Positions 1 to 7,883 of a DNA stretch of 45,058 nt are shown in pieces. This DNA is from an uncultured Spirochaetaceae bacterium (lineage in GTDB: Bacteria > Spirochaetota > Spirochaetia > Sphaerochaetales > Sphaerochaetaceae), in assembly GCA_964552905.1 (NCBI GenBank), contig CAZKIT010000001.1, positions 1-45,058 on the forward strand, written 5' to 3'. The position numbers were made by a program, and so were the translations under genes. The notes under the pieces are model-generated. The model ran no database searches and was not told where the DNA came from. It was given only the letters and a program-made list of their open reading frames with translations. Numbering within the stretch: the first letter of the stretch is position 1; each line of letters starts with the position of its first letter.

Positions 1-2
1 CT

Positions 3-68
3 ACGAAAACAGGATACAGACGTCCCGACGGAGTTCTGGTCATTCCCATCGGCTGCCTGAAGGACTGA
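3..68 (+). CDS. C-terminal fragment of an unidentified protein (gene starts upstream of the window)
   Basis: Frame 3 is open from the window edge and reads TKTGYRRPDGVLVIPIGCLKD, then TGA (66-68). A hairpin/T-rich element follows directly. 21 codons are too few to name a family. Confidence 0.3.
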   Translation, partial: TKTGYRRPDGVLVIPIGCLKD

Positions 69-70
69 CG

Positions 71-110
71 AAAAAAGAAGGATGCCGTCTCTGACACCCT
101 TCTCTTTCTT
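71..110. terminator. Probable bidirectional intrinsic terminator between convergent genes
   Basis: AGAAGG (76-81) pairs with CCTTCT (98-103). An A-run lies at 71-76, so the minus-strand yhbY transcript reads hairpin + TTTTTT. T-rich sequence also follows on the plus strand. Confidence 0.5.
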
Positions 111-120
111 CTCTTTCCGC

Positions 121-420
121 TTATATGCGGTAGATGCGGTCTTCGCTCTTGCTGTCCTGTCTGAAGAATACAGTCGTGAAGCCTGTCGTTGCGACGATTG
201 TGCTTTTCGTAGCTTCTTCAAGCTGGGATGAAATCTCCTTCACCTGATCCTTGTTGTTGGAGAAGCGCACCTTCACAAGCTCGTGGCATGTGAGCGCACT
301 ATCCAGGGCATCGGCCACAGCCTTCGTATATCCTTCCTTACCGACATAGACGACAGCATCAAGCTGCTGTGCATGAGAGCGGAGAAAGGCTCTCTGATAA
401 CTCTTTAATTCCATAGCCAT
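121..420 (-). CDS. yhbY: YhbY-family (CRM domain) RNA-binding protein, ribosome assembly
   Basis: 99 aa. Matches the typical YhbY pattern LKSYQRAFLRSHAQQLDAVVYVGKEGYT...LVKVRF. ATG at 418-420. Confidence 0.85.
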   Translation of the reverse strand: MAMELKSYQRAFLRSHAQQLDAVVYVGKEGYTKAVADALDSALTCHELVKVRFSNNKDQVKEISSQLEEATKSTIVATTGFTTVFFRQDSKSEDRIYRI

Positions 421-456
421 ATTCTAGTGGAGAGCCTCTCTTCTTTCAAGCTCAAA

Positions 457-2172
457 TCAGTCGAGCTTGTACTTTGCGGCAACGGCGAATCTCTTGATCT
501 TCTTTGTCGAAGTCATCTCCAGGGGTTCGTCGGTGACAGTCACCATCGTGATCTTCTTGTAGGACTGAAGTTCCTTGTTCACTTCGGTTATGATACCTGT
601 GATTGTATCTTCAATCTTCTTCTTGTCGCCGGTGTCCCTGAGAGCCTTTGAAGGATAGACCACTGCCCTGATTCCCTCGGCCTTGAGAGCCTTGTCGGTG
701 ATGTAGCCGATTATGCAGATCTGGTCGATTTCATCGTAGAGCTGGAACTTGTCCTCGATTTCCTCGGGGAAGACGTTCTTGCCGCCGTCGGTGACGATGA
801 TGGACTTTGCTCTTCCCGTGAGATAGAGATAGTTCTCGCTGTCGATATGCCCCACATCTCCCGTGTTGAGCCAGCCGTCCGGAGAGAGAATCTCGTCGGT
901 TGCCTCCTGGTTCTTGTAGTAGCCCTTCATGACCTGAGGACCGCGGATGTAGATGATGCCGTTGCCCTCGCTGTCGGGATCCACAATTTTGCACTCCGTC
1001 ATTGCAATTGCTTTACCGACACTCTCGACCTTGAATGCATAAATCGGATTGAGGTGGGTAATCGGGCTGGTCTCCGTCAGTCCGTATCCCTGCACGAAGT
1101 TGATACCGAGCTGGTTGAAGCCCTTGAATGTCGATGACGGAAGCGGGCCGCCTCCGCAGATGCATATTCTGTTGGTGTCGAGGGAGACCTTCTTGAGAAG
1201 GAAGGAGAACATCTTCTTTCCGCCCTGGAAGTTGAATGCCGACTTCAGGAATCCCGATACTCCCATCATCGCCCTGATGAGACCGTATACAACGGGGCCC
1301 TTCTTCTTGACGCCGTTGATGATTCCCGCATAGAGCTTGTTGAAAAGCATCGGAACACCGAGGAACATCGTGACCTTTCCTTCCTTGAGTTCCTTCAGCA
1401 TCTGTGATACGACAAGCTTCTTGCCGAATACTACGGAAGCACCTACTCCGAAGGCTTCGAGGAAGACTGCAAGCATGGTGTATGCATGGTGAATCGGAAG
1501 AATCGCATAGAAGACATCGGTAGGATAGATGTTCATGCAGCTCTGTGCAATGTAGATGTCGGAACAGAGGTTCTTATGTGTGAGCATGACTCCCTTGGGG
1601 GTACCTGTAGTACCCGAAGTAAAGAGAATTGCGGCCGTGTCCTCCTCTGTCGGATTGTAGCCTTCCCTCTCCTCGCATTCGATTGACATGACATCCTGCC
1701 ACTCGCTTCCCTCTTCCAGACATGCATAGCCCTTCATCGGAAGCTGTGAAGCAACTCTCTTCATCCTGTCCTTGTCTGCAATGAGGACGACTGAATCGGA
1801 GAATGAGGCGAGCTTGATGAAGTCCTCGTCATGAAGTGAGTTGTCGAGAGGTACAATCGTTCCGCCCATATAGAGCACTGCCATGTAGACGACAGCCCAA
1901 GCGACGCTGTTCTTGCCGCTGACGATGACCTTGTCGCCCTTCTCGAGTCCGAGGGATAAGAGCCAGGAAGAGACCTTCTTGACCCTGTCGGCAGCCTCTC
2001 TGTATGTAAGGCACAGATATTTCGGTGCAAATTCAACCCAGCAGTTTCTTTCCGGGTAAAGTTCGGTATTGAGGACGAAGAGCTCCTTGAGTGTCGGCCA
2101 CTCTCCGTTGAAGTATTTTCCCCTGTATGGATCAAAACGGTTCCATGGTGTGAGATTGTCTTTGGTTCTCAT
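457..2172 (-). CDS. fadD: Long-chain-fatty-acid--CoA ligase (AMP-dependent synthetase), copy 1
   Basis: 571 aa. AMP-binding signature ILFTSGTTGTPKGVMLTH, plus GYGLTETSP and TGDVGHID blocks. ATG 2172 is preceded by AACAGGAGTAAACAAA. Confidence 0.9.
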   Translation of the reverse strand: MRTKDNLTPWNRFDPYRGKYFNGEWPTLKELFVLNTELYPERNCWVEFAPKYLCLTYREAADRVKKVSSWLLSLGLEKGDKVIVSGKNSVAWAVVYMAVLYMGGTIVPLDNSLHDEDFIKLASFSDSVVLIADKDRMKRVASQLPMKGYACLEEGSEWQDVMSIECEEREGYNPTEEDTAAILFTSGTTGTPKGVMLTHKNLCSDIYIAQSCMNIYPTDVFYAILPIHHAYTMLAVFLEAFGVGASVVFGKKLVVSQMLKELKEGKVTMFLGVPMLFNKLYAGIINGVKKKGPVVYGLIRAMMGVSGFLKSAFNFQGGKKMFSFLLKKVSLDTNRICICGGGPLPSSTFKGFNQLGINFVQGYGLTETSPITHLNPIYAFKVESVGKAIAMTECKIVDPDSEGNGIIYIRGPQVMKGYYKNQEATDEILSPDGWLNTGDVGHIDSENYLYLTGRAKSIIVTDGGKNVFPEEIEDKFQLYDEIDQICIIGYITDKALKAEGIRAVVYPSKALRDTGDKKKIEDTITGIITEVNKELQSYKKITMVTVTDEPLEMTSTKKIKRFAVAAKYKLD

Positions 2173-2440
2173 TTTGTTTACTCCTGTTTTCTACATTTTT
2201 CCAATTTATGTAAAAAAAGTGAATTAGTTATATGCGCGCACGCATTAGTCATTTTCACTGCCAGGGGTAATAGTGTGAGCTTACTATCCCCCTCAAAATG
2301 GGGGGAGAGAAATCACCAAAGTCCAAACAGGAGTCGTTTTTGTTAAGAAAAATTGCTCTTCATATGCTTTTTTTACAAATGTTAAACAATATGTCCGATT
2401 TTGACAGAAAAAGGGAAAATGTACTTGCAAATTTCCCGTT

Positions 2441-2469
2441 TTTACACTTTCATAGAGGCGTAGTATTAC
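2441..2469 (+). promoter_or_regulatory. Candidate sigma70-like promoter (TTTACA-17 nt-TATTAC) for an orphan plus-strand transcript
   Basis: TTTACA 2441-2446, 17-nt spacer, TATTAC 2464-2469. About 45 nt upstream of a plus-strand-only terminator. Motif match only. Confidence 0.25.
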
Positions 2470-2511
2470 TCTTTAGGGCTGGTTCCTCGCCTACGAGTGG
2501 GAACAGGGAGG

Positions 2512-2538
2512 GGACGTTTCGGCGTCCTTTCTTTTTTT
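2512..2538 (+). terminator. Plus-strand intrinsic terminator with no plus-strand gene upstream
   Basis: GGACG (2512-2516) / CGTCC (2523-2527), 6-nt loop, followed by TTTCTTTTTTT (2528-2538). On the minus strand no T-run follows the hairpin. Confidence 0.5.
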
Positions 2539-2551
2539 GATGTTTCACCGG

Positions 2552-2600
2552 TGAAAATAAGAACCCGGAGCTTCTGAGCATGCCGGGTTCTTTCTTTCAG
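2552..2600 (-). terminator. Intrinsic terminator of fadD copy 2 (hairpin flanked by T-runs on both strands)
   Basis: AGAACCCGG (2560-2568) pairs perfectly with CCGGGTTCT (2583-2591). The minus-strand reading is followed by TATTTTCAC. It lies 17 nt after the copy-2 stop. Confidence 0.6.
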
Positions 2601-2607
2601 ACGCCTG

Positions 2608-4335
2608 TCATCTGTCCTTGTAGAGTCTGATTACTTCGAAGCGCTTGATCTTCTTCGTGCTCGTCATCGGGAGAGGCTCGTCGACGACCGTGGTCATCGT
2701 GATCTTCTTGTATGACTGGAGATCTCTGTTGACATCTTCCACGATTTCCTCCATGTGCTTCGCGCATTCGTCCATCGTGTGGTCCTTCATGTACTTCATC
2801 GAAGGATGGATCACGATTCTTATTCCCTCGCTCTTCATCTCCTTGTTGATGATGTACGGAATGATGCAGCACTGCTCGATTTCATCGTAAAGCTGGAACT
2901 TGTCCTCTATCTCCTCGGGGAAGACGTTCTTGCCGCCTTCGGTGACGATGATGGACTTCGCCCTTCCCGTCAGGAACAGGAAGCCGTTCTCACCGATGTG
3001 GCCCACATCTCCCGTGTTGAGCCAGCCGTCGCTGTCGAGTACATCCGCCGTCGCATCCTCGTTCTTGTAGTAGCCCTTCATGACAGAAGGTCCCTTCACG
3101 TAGATTATTCCGTTGCCGTCCTCATCGGGGTCAACTATCTTCTCCTCGACATGAGGAAGAGGAATACCGACGGAATCCTCGTTATATACCTCAACGGGAT
3201 TCAGGTTGATTATAGGGCTGGTTTCGGTGAGTCCGTAACCCTGGACGAAATCGAGACCGAGCTGGTTGAACTGTCTGAATGTGGATGCCGGAAGCGGTCC
3301 GCCTCCGCAGATGCATATCCTCATCTTGTCGAGTGAGACCTTCTCGAGAAGCATCTTCGAGAATATCTTCTTGCCGAGGTTGACGTGGAAGACCTTCTTC
3401 ATGAAGCCGGAGAAGCCCATGAGGAAATGAACGAGTGCAGCCTTTGCCTTTCCCTGCTTCTCGACGCCGCTCATAATACCGGCGAGGAGCTTGTTGAAGA
3501 GCATCGGAACTGCGAGGAACATCGTGACACCGCCTTCCTTGAGCTCCCTAAGCATTATGGGAGTAATGAGTTTCTTGCCGAATATGCAGCATGCACCCGA
3601 GGAGATTGTCTCGAGGAATACTGCGCTCATCGTGTATGCATGGTGAATCGGTAGGATGGCGTAGAAGACGTCTGTCGGGAAGACATCAATCATGCGCTGA
3701 GCTTCCAAGGTCGACGCCATCAGGTTTGCGTGCGTGAGCATTACGCCCTTGGGCGTTCCCGTCGTACCGGAGGTGAAGAGCATTGCGGCAATGTCATCAC
3801 ACGAAGAAGACGGGAGCTCGCACTCCTCGCCTTCGAGGTCATATACGAAGGGATGGTTCTTCCCGCTCTCGAGAGAATAGCGCTTCTTTATGAAGGTGTT
3901 GTCAGGATCGACTTCGTCAATCTTCTCGTCATCCATGAAAATCGTATCGACATCACCGAAACGGAGTATCTTCGTCATGTCCTCGGGATGAAGAGCATAG
4001 TCAAGAGGCACGATTACGGCTCCCGCAAAAGAAATTGCAAGGTATGTTATGGCCCACTCTGAGCTGTTCTTCCCGCTGACGCAGATATGGTCGCCCTTCT
4101 TCACGCCGTCACAGATGAGGAAAAAGGCGAGCTTTCTTATCTTCGCCAGTGTCTCCTCATAAGTATATGAAACCTTCTGAGGAACTATCGTCTTGAAGCA
4201 TTCGTTCTTCGGAAAGCGTGAGGCTGTAATCTCGAAGGTCTCCCTCAGCGTCGGATACTCACCGTCGAACCCCTTTCCCCTGTACGCCCACAGAGTGTCA
4301 ACATTGGTCTTCCAGTATCTGTCTTTAAATGCCAT
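2608..4335 (-). CDS. fadD: Long-chain-fatty-acid--CoA ligase (AMP-dependent synthetase), copy 2
   Basis: 575 aa, collinear with copy 1 along its whole length (MLFTSGTTGTPKGVMLTH, GYGLTETSP, C-terminal SYKKITM..V.DEPL.MTSTKKIKRF). ATG 4335 is preceded by AACAGGAGTAGATT. Confidence 0.9.
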   Translation of the reverse strand: MAFKDRYWKTNVDTLWAYRGKGFDGEYPTLRETFEITASRFPKNECFKTIVPQKVSYTYEETLAKIRKLAFFLICDGVKKGDHICVSGKNSSEWAITYLAISFAGAVIVPLDYALHPEDMTKILRFGDVDTIFMDDEKIDEVDPDNTFIKKRYSLESGKNHPFVYDLEGEECELPSSSCDDIAAMLFTSGTTGTPKGVMLTHANLMASTLEAQRMIDVFPTDVFYAILPIHHAYTMSAVFLETISSGACCIFGKKLITPIMLRELKEGGVTMFLAVPMLFNKLLAGIMSGVEKQGKAKAALVHFLMGFSGFMKKVFHVNLGKKIFSKMLLEKVSLDKMRICICGGGPLPASTFRQFNQLGLDFVQGYGLTETSPIINLNPVEVYNEDSVGIPLPHVEEKIVDPDEDGNGIIYVKGPSVMKGYYKNEDATADVLDSDGWLNTGDVGHIGENGFLFLTGRAKSIIVTEGGKNVFPEEIEDKFQLYDEIEQCCIIPYIINKEMKSEGIRIVIHPSMKYMKDHTMDECAKHMEEIVEDVNRDLQSYKKITMTTVVDEPLPMTSTKKIKRFEVIRLYKDR

Positions 4336-4389
4336 AATCTACTCCTGTTTATTCTGACAAAATCATCAAGTCTGTAAAATAAACGCCAT

Positions 4390-4419
4390 ATTTTCAGCAC
4401 TATAGTAGCTAATTGTCAA
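4390..4419 (-). promoter_or_regulatory. Candidate promoter for fadD copy 2 (TTGACA-18 nt-GAAAAT)
   Basis: Minus-strand TTGACA at 4419-4414, 18-nt spacer, GAAAAT at 4395-4390, about 55 nt upstream of the ATG. Motif match only. Confidence 0.3.
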
Positions 4420-4475
4420 CCACTAGGTAATTCATACCATACCATTTTTGGGCACAATTAACTACAATCTACCCC

Positions 4476-5774
4476 ATGCGTGCAGTAAATATGCAATTAG
4501 ATGACTTTTTCTCCTCATACATGCCTTCCCTCTCGTCGTCTCTGAGAGAGAACAGGCTCGAGAGGATGACGCTGCTACTGGAGAGAATCGGGAACCCGGA
4601 AAGAAAGCTCAGAACCATCCATGTAGCCGGAAGCAAGGGCAAGGGGACGACGGCGACGGCGCTCTCCTTTCTCCTCTCGTCAACGGGACACCGGACGGGT
4701 CTCTTCCTCTCGCCTCATGTCTATGACGTAAGAGAGCGTTTCACACTCTCTTCATCCTTCTTCTCTGACGGGGAATATCTTTCAGCGCTCGATGAACTGA
4801 AAGCCCTCATATCCGGTTTCACGCTTCCGGAGCGTCTCGGAGCACCTCTTCCGACGACATTCGAGCTTTACACTGCATACAGCTATCTGCTCTTCGTGAG
4901 AACAGGATGCGAGTGGGCCGTGATAGAAACGGGAATGGGAGGAAGGCTCGACGCCACGAACACGCTTCTTCCCGAGGCCTCGGTGATAACGAAGATAGAA
5001 CTCGAACACACGCAGATACTCGGAGATACTCTGGAGAAGATCGCAGCTGAAAAAGCCGGCATAATCAAAAGAGGAAAAAGCGTATTCGTTCTCAATCAGA
5101 AAGAAGAGGTAATCGACGTATTCAGGCGGAAGGCCGAAAGCCTTTCATCCCCCTTACGCATATTCACGATGCCCGGGCTTGAAATCAGGAACGGTACGTT
5201 CACTTACCTGGGCTGCAGCGTGAAGACGGACTTTCCAGAAGATGATATCCGTACCCTCGACACCGTCTACGCTCTCTATATACTCTCGTCTCTCGGTTTT
5301 GACACCGAAGGGAAAAGCTTCGACTTCACAACTCCTTCTTTCCGCCTTCCGGGACGACACGAAACGAGAACCGTAAAAGGACACCGGATGATACTCGACG
5401 GCGCACATACTCCCGAATCAATAAGATTGCTGACTAAATCCCTTGAAAACGAGACTCTCCCGAAGAGCACGCTCATCTTCTCGTGTGCCCACGACAAGGA
5501 CCACAGGACGATGGCGGGAGAGATAGTACCCCTCTTTGAAAGGGTGATCGTGACATCCACGGGGAAATGGAAGAAATCGGATCCGGAGAAAATATACGAA
5601 GATATTCACATGATGTTTCCCGAAAAGGAGATTATGCTTATTCCGGCCCATGATGATGTAATGAGAACGGCTCTCGAAGAGACACCTCTCTCATCCGTCA
5701 TCGTCGCGGCGGGATCGTTTTATCTTCTCTCCGAACTCGACATGGCAATAAAGGACGGCAACTATGGCGATTAA
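4476..5774 (+). CDS. folC: Folylpolyglutamate synthase / dihydrofolate synthase (Mur-ligase family)
   Basis: 432 aa. P-loop HVAGSKGKGTT, ETGMGGRLDATN, and ILDGAHTPES near the C-domain. An alternative ATG lies at 4491. Confidence 0.85.
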   Translation: MRAVNMQLDDFFSSYMPSLSSSLRENRLERMTLLLERIGNPERKLRTIHVAGSKGKGTTATALSFLLSSTGHRTGLFLSPHVYDVRERFTLSSSFFSDGEYLSALDELKALISGFTLPERLGAPLPTTFELYTAYSYLLFVRTGCEWAVIETGMGGRLDATNTLLPEASVITKIELEHTQILGDTLEKIAAEKAGIIKRGKSVFVLNQKEEVIDVFRRKAESLSSPLRIFTMPGLEIRNGTFTYLGCSVKTDFPEDDIRTLDTVYALYILSSLGFDTEGKSFDFTTPSFRLPGRHETRTVKGHRMILDGAHTPESIRLLTKSLENETLPKSTLIFSCAHDKDHRTMAGEIVPLFERVIVTSTGKWKKSDPEKIYEDIHMMFPEKEIMLIPAHDDVMRTALEETPLSSVIVAAGSFYLLSELDMAIKDGNYGD

Positions 5775-7173
5775 CTGGCGTGAACTCGAGCTTCTGCTTT
5801 CGGAAATGCCGCTCGAGGAGAGCTACATCCAGGATGTGACGGAACACAGCTATCATTCATTCACGCTCTCACTCTTCCACAGGGAAAGGAAGGCATGGTA
5901 TCTTCACGCGGAAATCGCCACAGCGCACACACGCATCGCCATGACAGGCATCATGCGTAAGAAGAGCCCCACGATGCAGCGCTTCACGCAGTATCTGAAG
6001 GCTCACGTCAGGGGCAAGAAGATAACAGAAGTCCGTCAGCTCCCCTTCGACAGGGCATTCATCCTCACACTCGAATCCCCTGCGGAGAAGATGAAGCTTC
6101 TCTTCCGCCTCTACTCGGGTCCCGGTGCCAACGTAATCGCCCTTGACGAAGACAACACGATTCTCGAACTCATGTTCCGCCGCCCCCGCAGAGGCGAAAT
6201 GAAGGGCGAGAAGCTCGTCATCGAAGAAAGGGAAAGCGAGGGTGAGAGACACTTCTCCGTCCGTCCTTATTCCACCGCGACATTCAACGAAGCCGTCGAC
6301 AGGGAGGAATCCGAGCTCTCAAACGAAGAGAAGCGGGATGAATATACTGCCCTCCTCGTGGAAAAGAGGAACCGAGAAATCAGAGCAAACGACGAAAGAA
6401 AGCGCAAGAACGACGAGAAGATCGAGAGGAACAGGAACTACGAGGAAGTGAAGCACTACGCCGATCTTCTCTCCTCGTCTCTCTATCTCTACAGAAAGGG
6501 AATGACTGAAATAACCCTTCCCGACTGGGAGAACGGAAGAGACGTGAAGCTCGCCCTTTCGGAGAAGCTTGACGGCAGAGGCAATCTCACGAGGCTCTAC
6601 GACGAATACCACAAGGAAAAGACAGCCTACACTCTCGCTCTTGAGGAGAAGGACAGAATTGAGGAGGAGAGAAAGGAGATCGAGGCGAAGTACTCGTCTC
6701 TCCTTTCGGAATCGACTCCTGTCGACAAACTGAAGAAGGCACTCGGAAACGAGAAGGAAGGGAGCAAGCTCATCGAGGGAAAGGCGGGCCTCTTCATAAA
6801 GAGCGGAGAGTGGCAGATAATAGTGGGGCGCAGTGCGAAGGAGAACGACCAGATTCTGCGGGAGAGTGCAAAGGGCAACGATATGTGGATGCATACACGT
6901 GACTTTGCAGGAGGCTACATAATAATCAAGGCACAGAAGGGAAAGACGGTGCCTCTCGAGGTGCTGCTCGACGGAGGCTACCTTGCAGTCTTCTTCTCGA
7001 AGGCGAGAAAGAACAACAGGGCCGATCTCTACTACACGCAGGTGAAGAACCTCAGGAGAATAAAGGGAGCGAAGACGGGACTCATAATACCGACACAGGA
7101 GAAGAACCTCACTGTAGAACTCGACGAAAAGAGAGTGCAGAAGCTTCTGGGCCCGGACGGAGGAGAAAAATGA
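5764..7173 (+). CDS. NFACT-family protein (RqcH / FbpA-like, DUF814)
   Basis: 469 aa with three parts:
- an NFACT-N-like N-terminus that includes FDRAF
- a long E/K/R coiled-coil
- the C-terminal NFACT-R block IIVGRSAKENDQIL...WMHTRDFAGGYIIIK

The ATG overlaps the folC end by 11 nt. Confidence 0.75.
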   Translation: MAINWRELELLLSEMPLEESYIQDVTEHSYHSFTLSLFHRERKAWYLHAEIATAHTRIAMTGIMRKKSPTMQRFTQYLKAHVRGKKITEVRQLPFDRAFILTLESPAEKMKLLFRLYSGPGANVIALDEDNTILELMFRRPRRGEMKGEKLVIEERESEGERHFSVRPYSTATFNEAVDREESELSNEEKRDEYTALLVEKRNREIRANDERKRKNDEKIERNRNYEEVKHYADLLSSSLYLYRKGMTEITLPDWENGRDVKLALSEKLDGRGNLTRLYDEYHKEKTAYTLALEEKDRIEEERKEIEAKYSSLLSESTPVDKLKKALGNEKEGSKLIEGKAGLFIKSGEWQIIVGRSAKENDQILRESAKGNDMWMHTRDFAGGYIIIKAQKGKTVPLEVLLDGGYLAVFFSKARKNNRADLYYTQVKNLRRIKGAKTGLIIPTQEKNLTVELDEKRVQKLLGPDGGEK

Positions 7174-7883
7174 AGACAAGATACCACGAAGGAATTTATT
7201 ATCCCGGAAAGGGAGAGGAACTTGAAAACCTTACATCTCCAATCGGGAAAGCAGAGGCGGCATCTGCACTCATCGTCCCCCATCAGGCGCTCTTTCTCTC
7301 CGCCCCTCTTCTGAGATGTGCTTTCTCTCATTTCGGTTCTCCATCTCACGTCGTAATACTCTCCCCTCTTCACTCGGGAAGACTTGAAAGCGACAGTTCA
7401 TTCTCATTCTTCGAAGGTGAGGAGAACAATGAGGAAGGAATCGCAGCGCTCGGGGCAAGAAAAGCCGAATACTACGCTGAAGAGGAGGCGGGAGCGGAGA
7501 TACTGCTTCCCTTCATCCATAAGCTCTCCCCATCCGTTCCCGTCAGCATCATATATACCGACATAAGGACGGCAAGGGAAAGCAGGGAGCTCTCCACATT
7601 CCTTCTCTCTCACACATCTCCCGATACTCTTTTCATAATCTCCACAAATCTCAGCGCGGTCTGTTCTACAATCGGGGAATGTGAAGAATGGAGGGAAAGG
7701 GCCGAGAGGGCACTTGAAGACGGAGAGAACATCCTCGACTGCACTCACCGCAACAGGGTTCACATCTGTGCGCGCGGTGCCGTTGACAGCATCAACCGCA
7801 TCGTGAACGGCCCCTGGATATATGCCATGAGCGGAAAGGACGAGACGACTGCACACTGTGTGCTCTGGAAGAGAAAAGAATGA
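7170..7883 (+). CDS. Memo-like (AmmeMemoRadiSam system protein B family) protein, divergent
   Basis: 237 aa. Family-like blocks are YYPG..EEL, ALIVPHQA, VILSPLHSG, EAGAEILLPFI and ICARGAVDSI. ATGA overlap with the upstream gene. Confidence 0.6.
   Translation: MKTRYHEGIYYPGKGEELENLTSPIGKAEAASALIVPHQALFLSAPLLRCAFSHFGSPSHVVILSPLHSGRLESDSSFSFFEGEENNEEGIAALGARKAEYYAEEEAGAEILLPFIHKLSPSVPVSIIYTDIRTARESRELSTFLLSHTSPDTLFIISTNLSAVCSTIGECEEWRERAERALEDGENILDCTHRNRVHICARGAVDSINRIVNGPWIYAMSGKDETTAHCVLWKRKE

Noticed and set aside
2233-2242. TGCGCGCACG (containing the palindrome TGCGCGCA) occurs in two promoter-proximal spacers, 2233-2242 and 36702-36711, with similar flanks (..CAT / ..TAT).
   Set aside because: A 12/13 match between two sites within about 3.5 kb of total intergenic DNA is expected by chance several times. 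There is no third copy and no link between the adjacent genes.
2298-2540. 80-aa plus-strand ORF in the fadD-fadD spacer.
   Set aside because: It has no SD (CCCCCTCAAAATG) and an implausible sequence ending in the poly-Phe read of the terminator T-run. The region is better explained by promoter, leader and terminator elements.
6319-7179. 286-aa minus-strand ORF inside the NFACT gene. Similar long antisense ORFs occur at 35403-36215, 41915-42727, 27533-28240, 28446-29213, 22016-22720, 14974-15597 and 43109-43885.
   Set aside because: Each lies fully antisense to a gene with clear family motifs. Their compositions are skewed (Leu/Ser/Arg/Val-rich or His/Arg-rich) and they lack SD sites. They are explained by the GAA/GAG/AAG-rich codon usage of the true genes, which depletes stop codons on the opposite strand.
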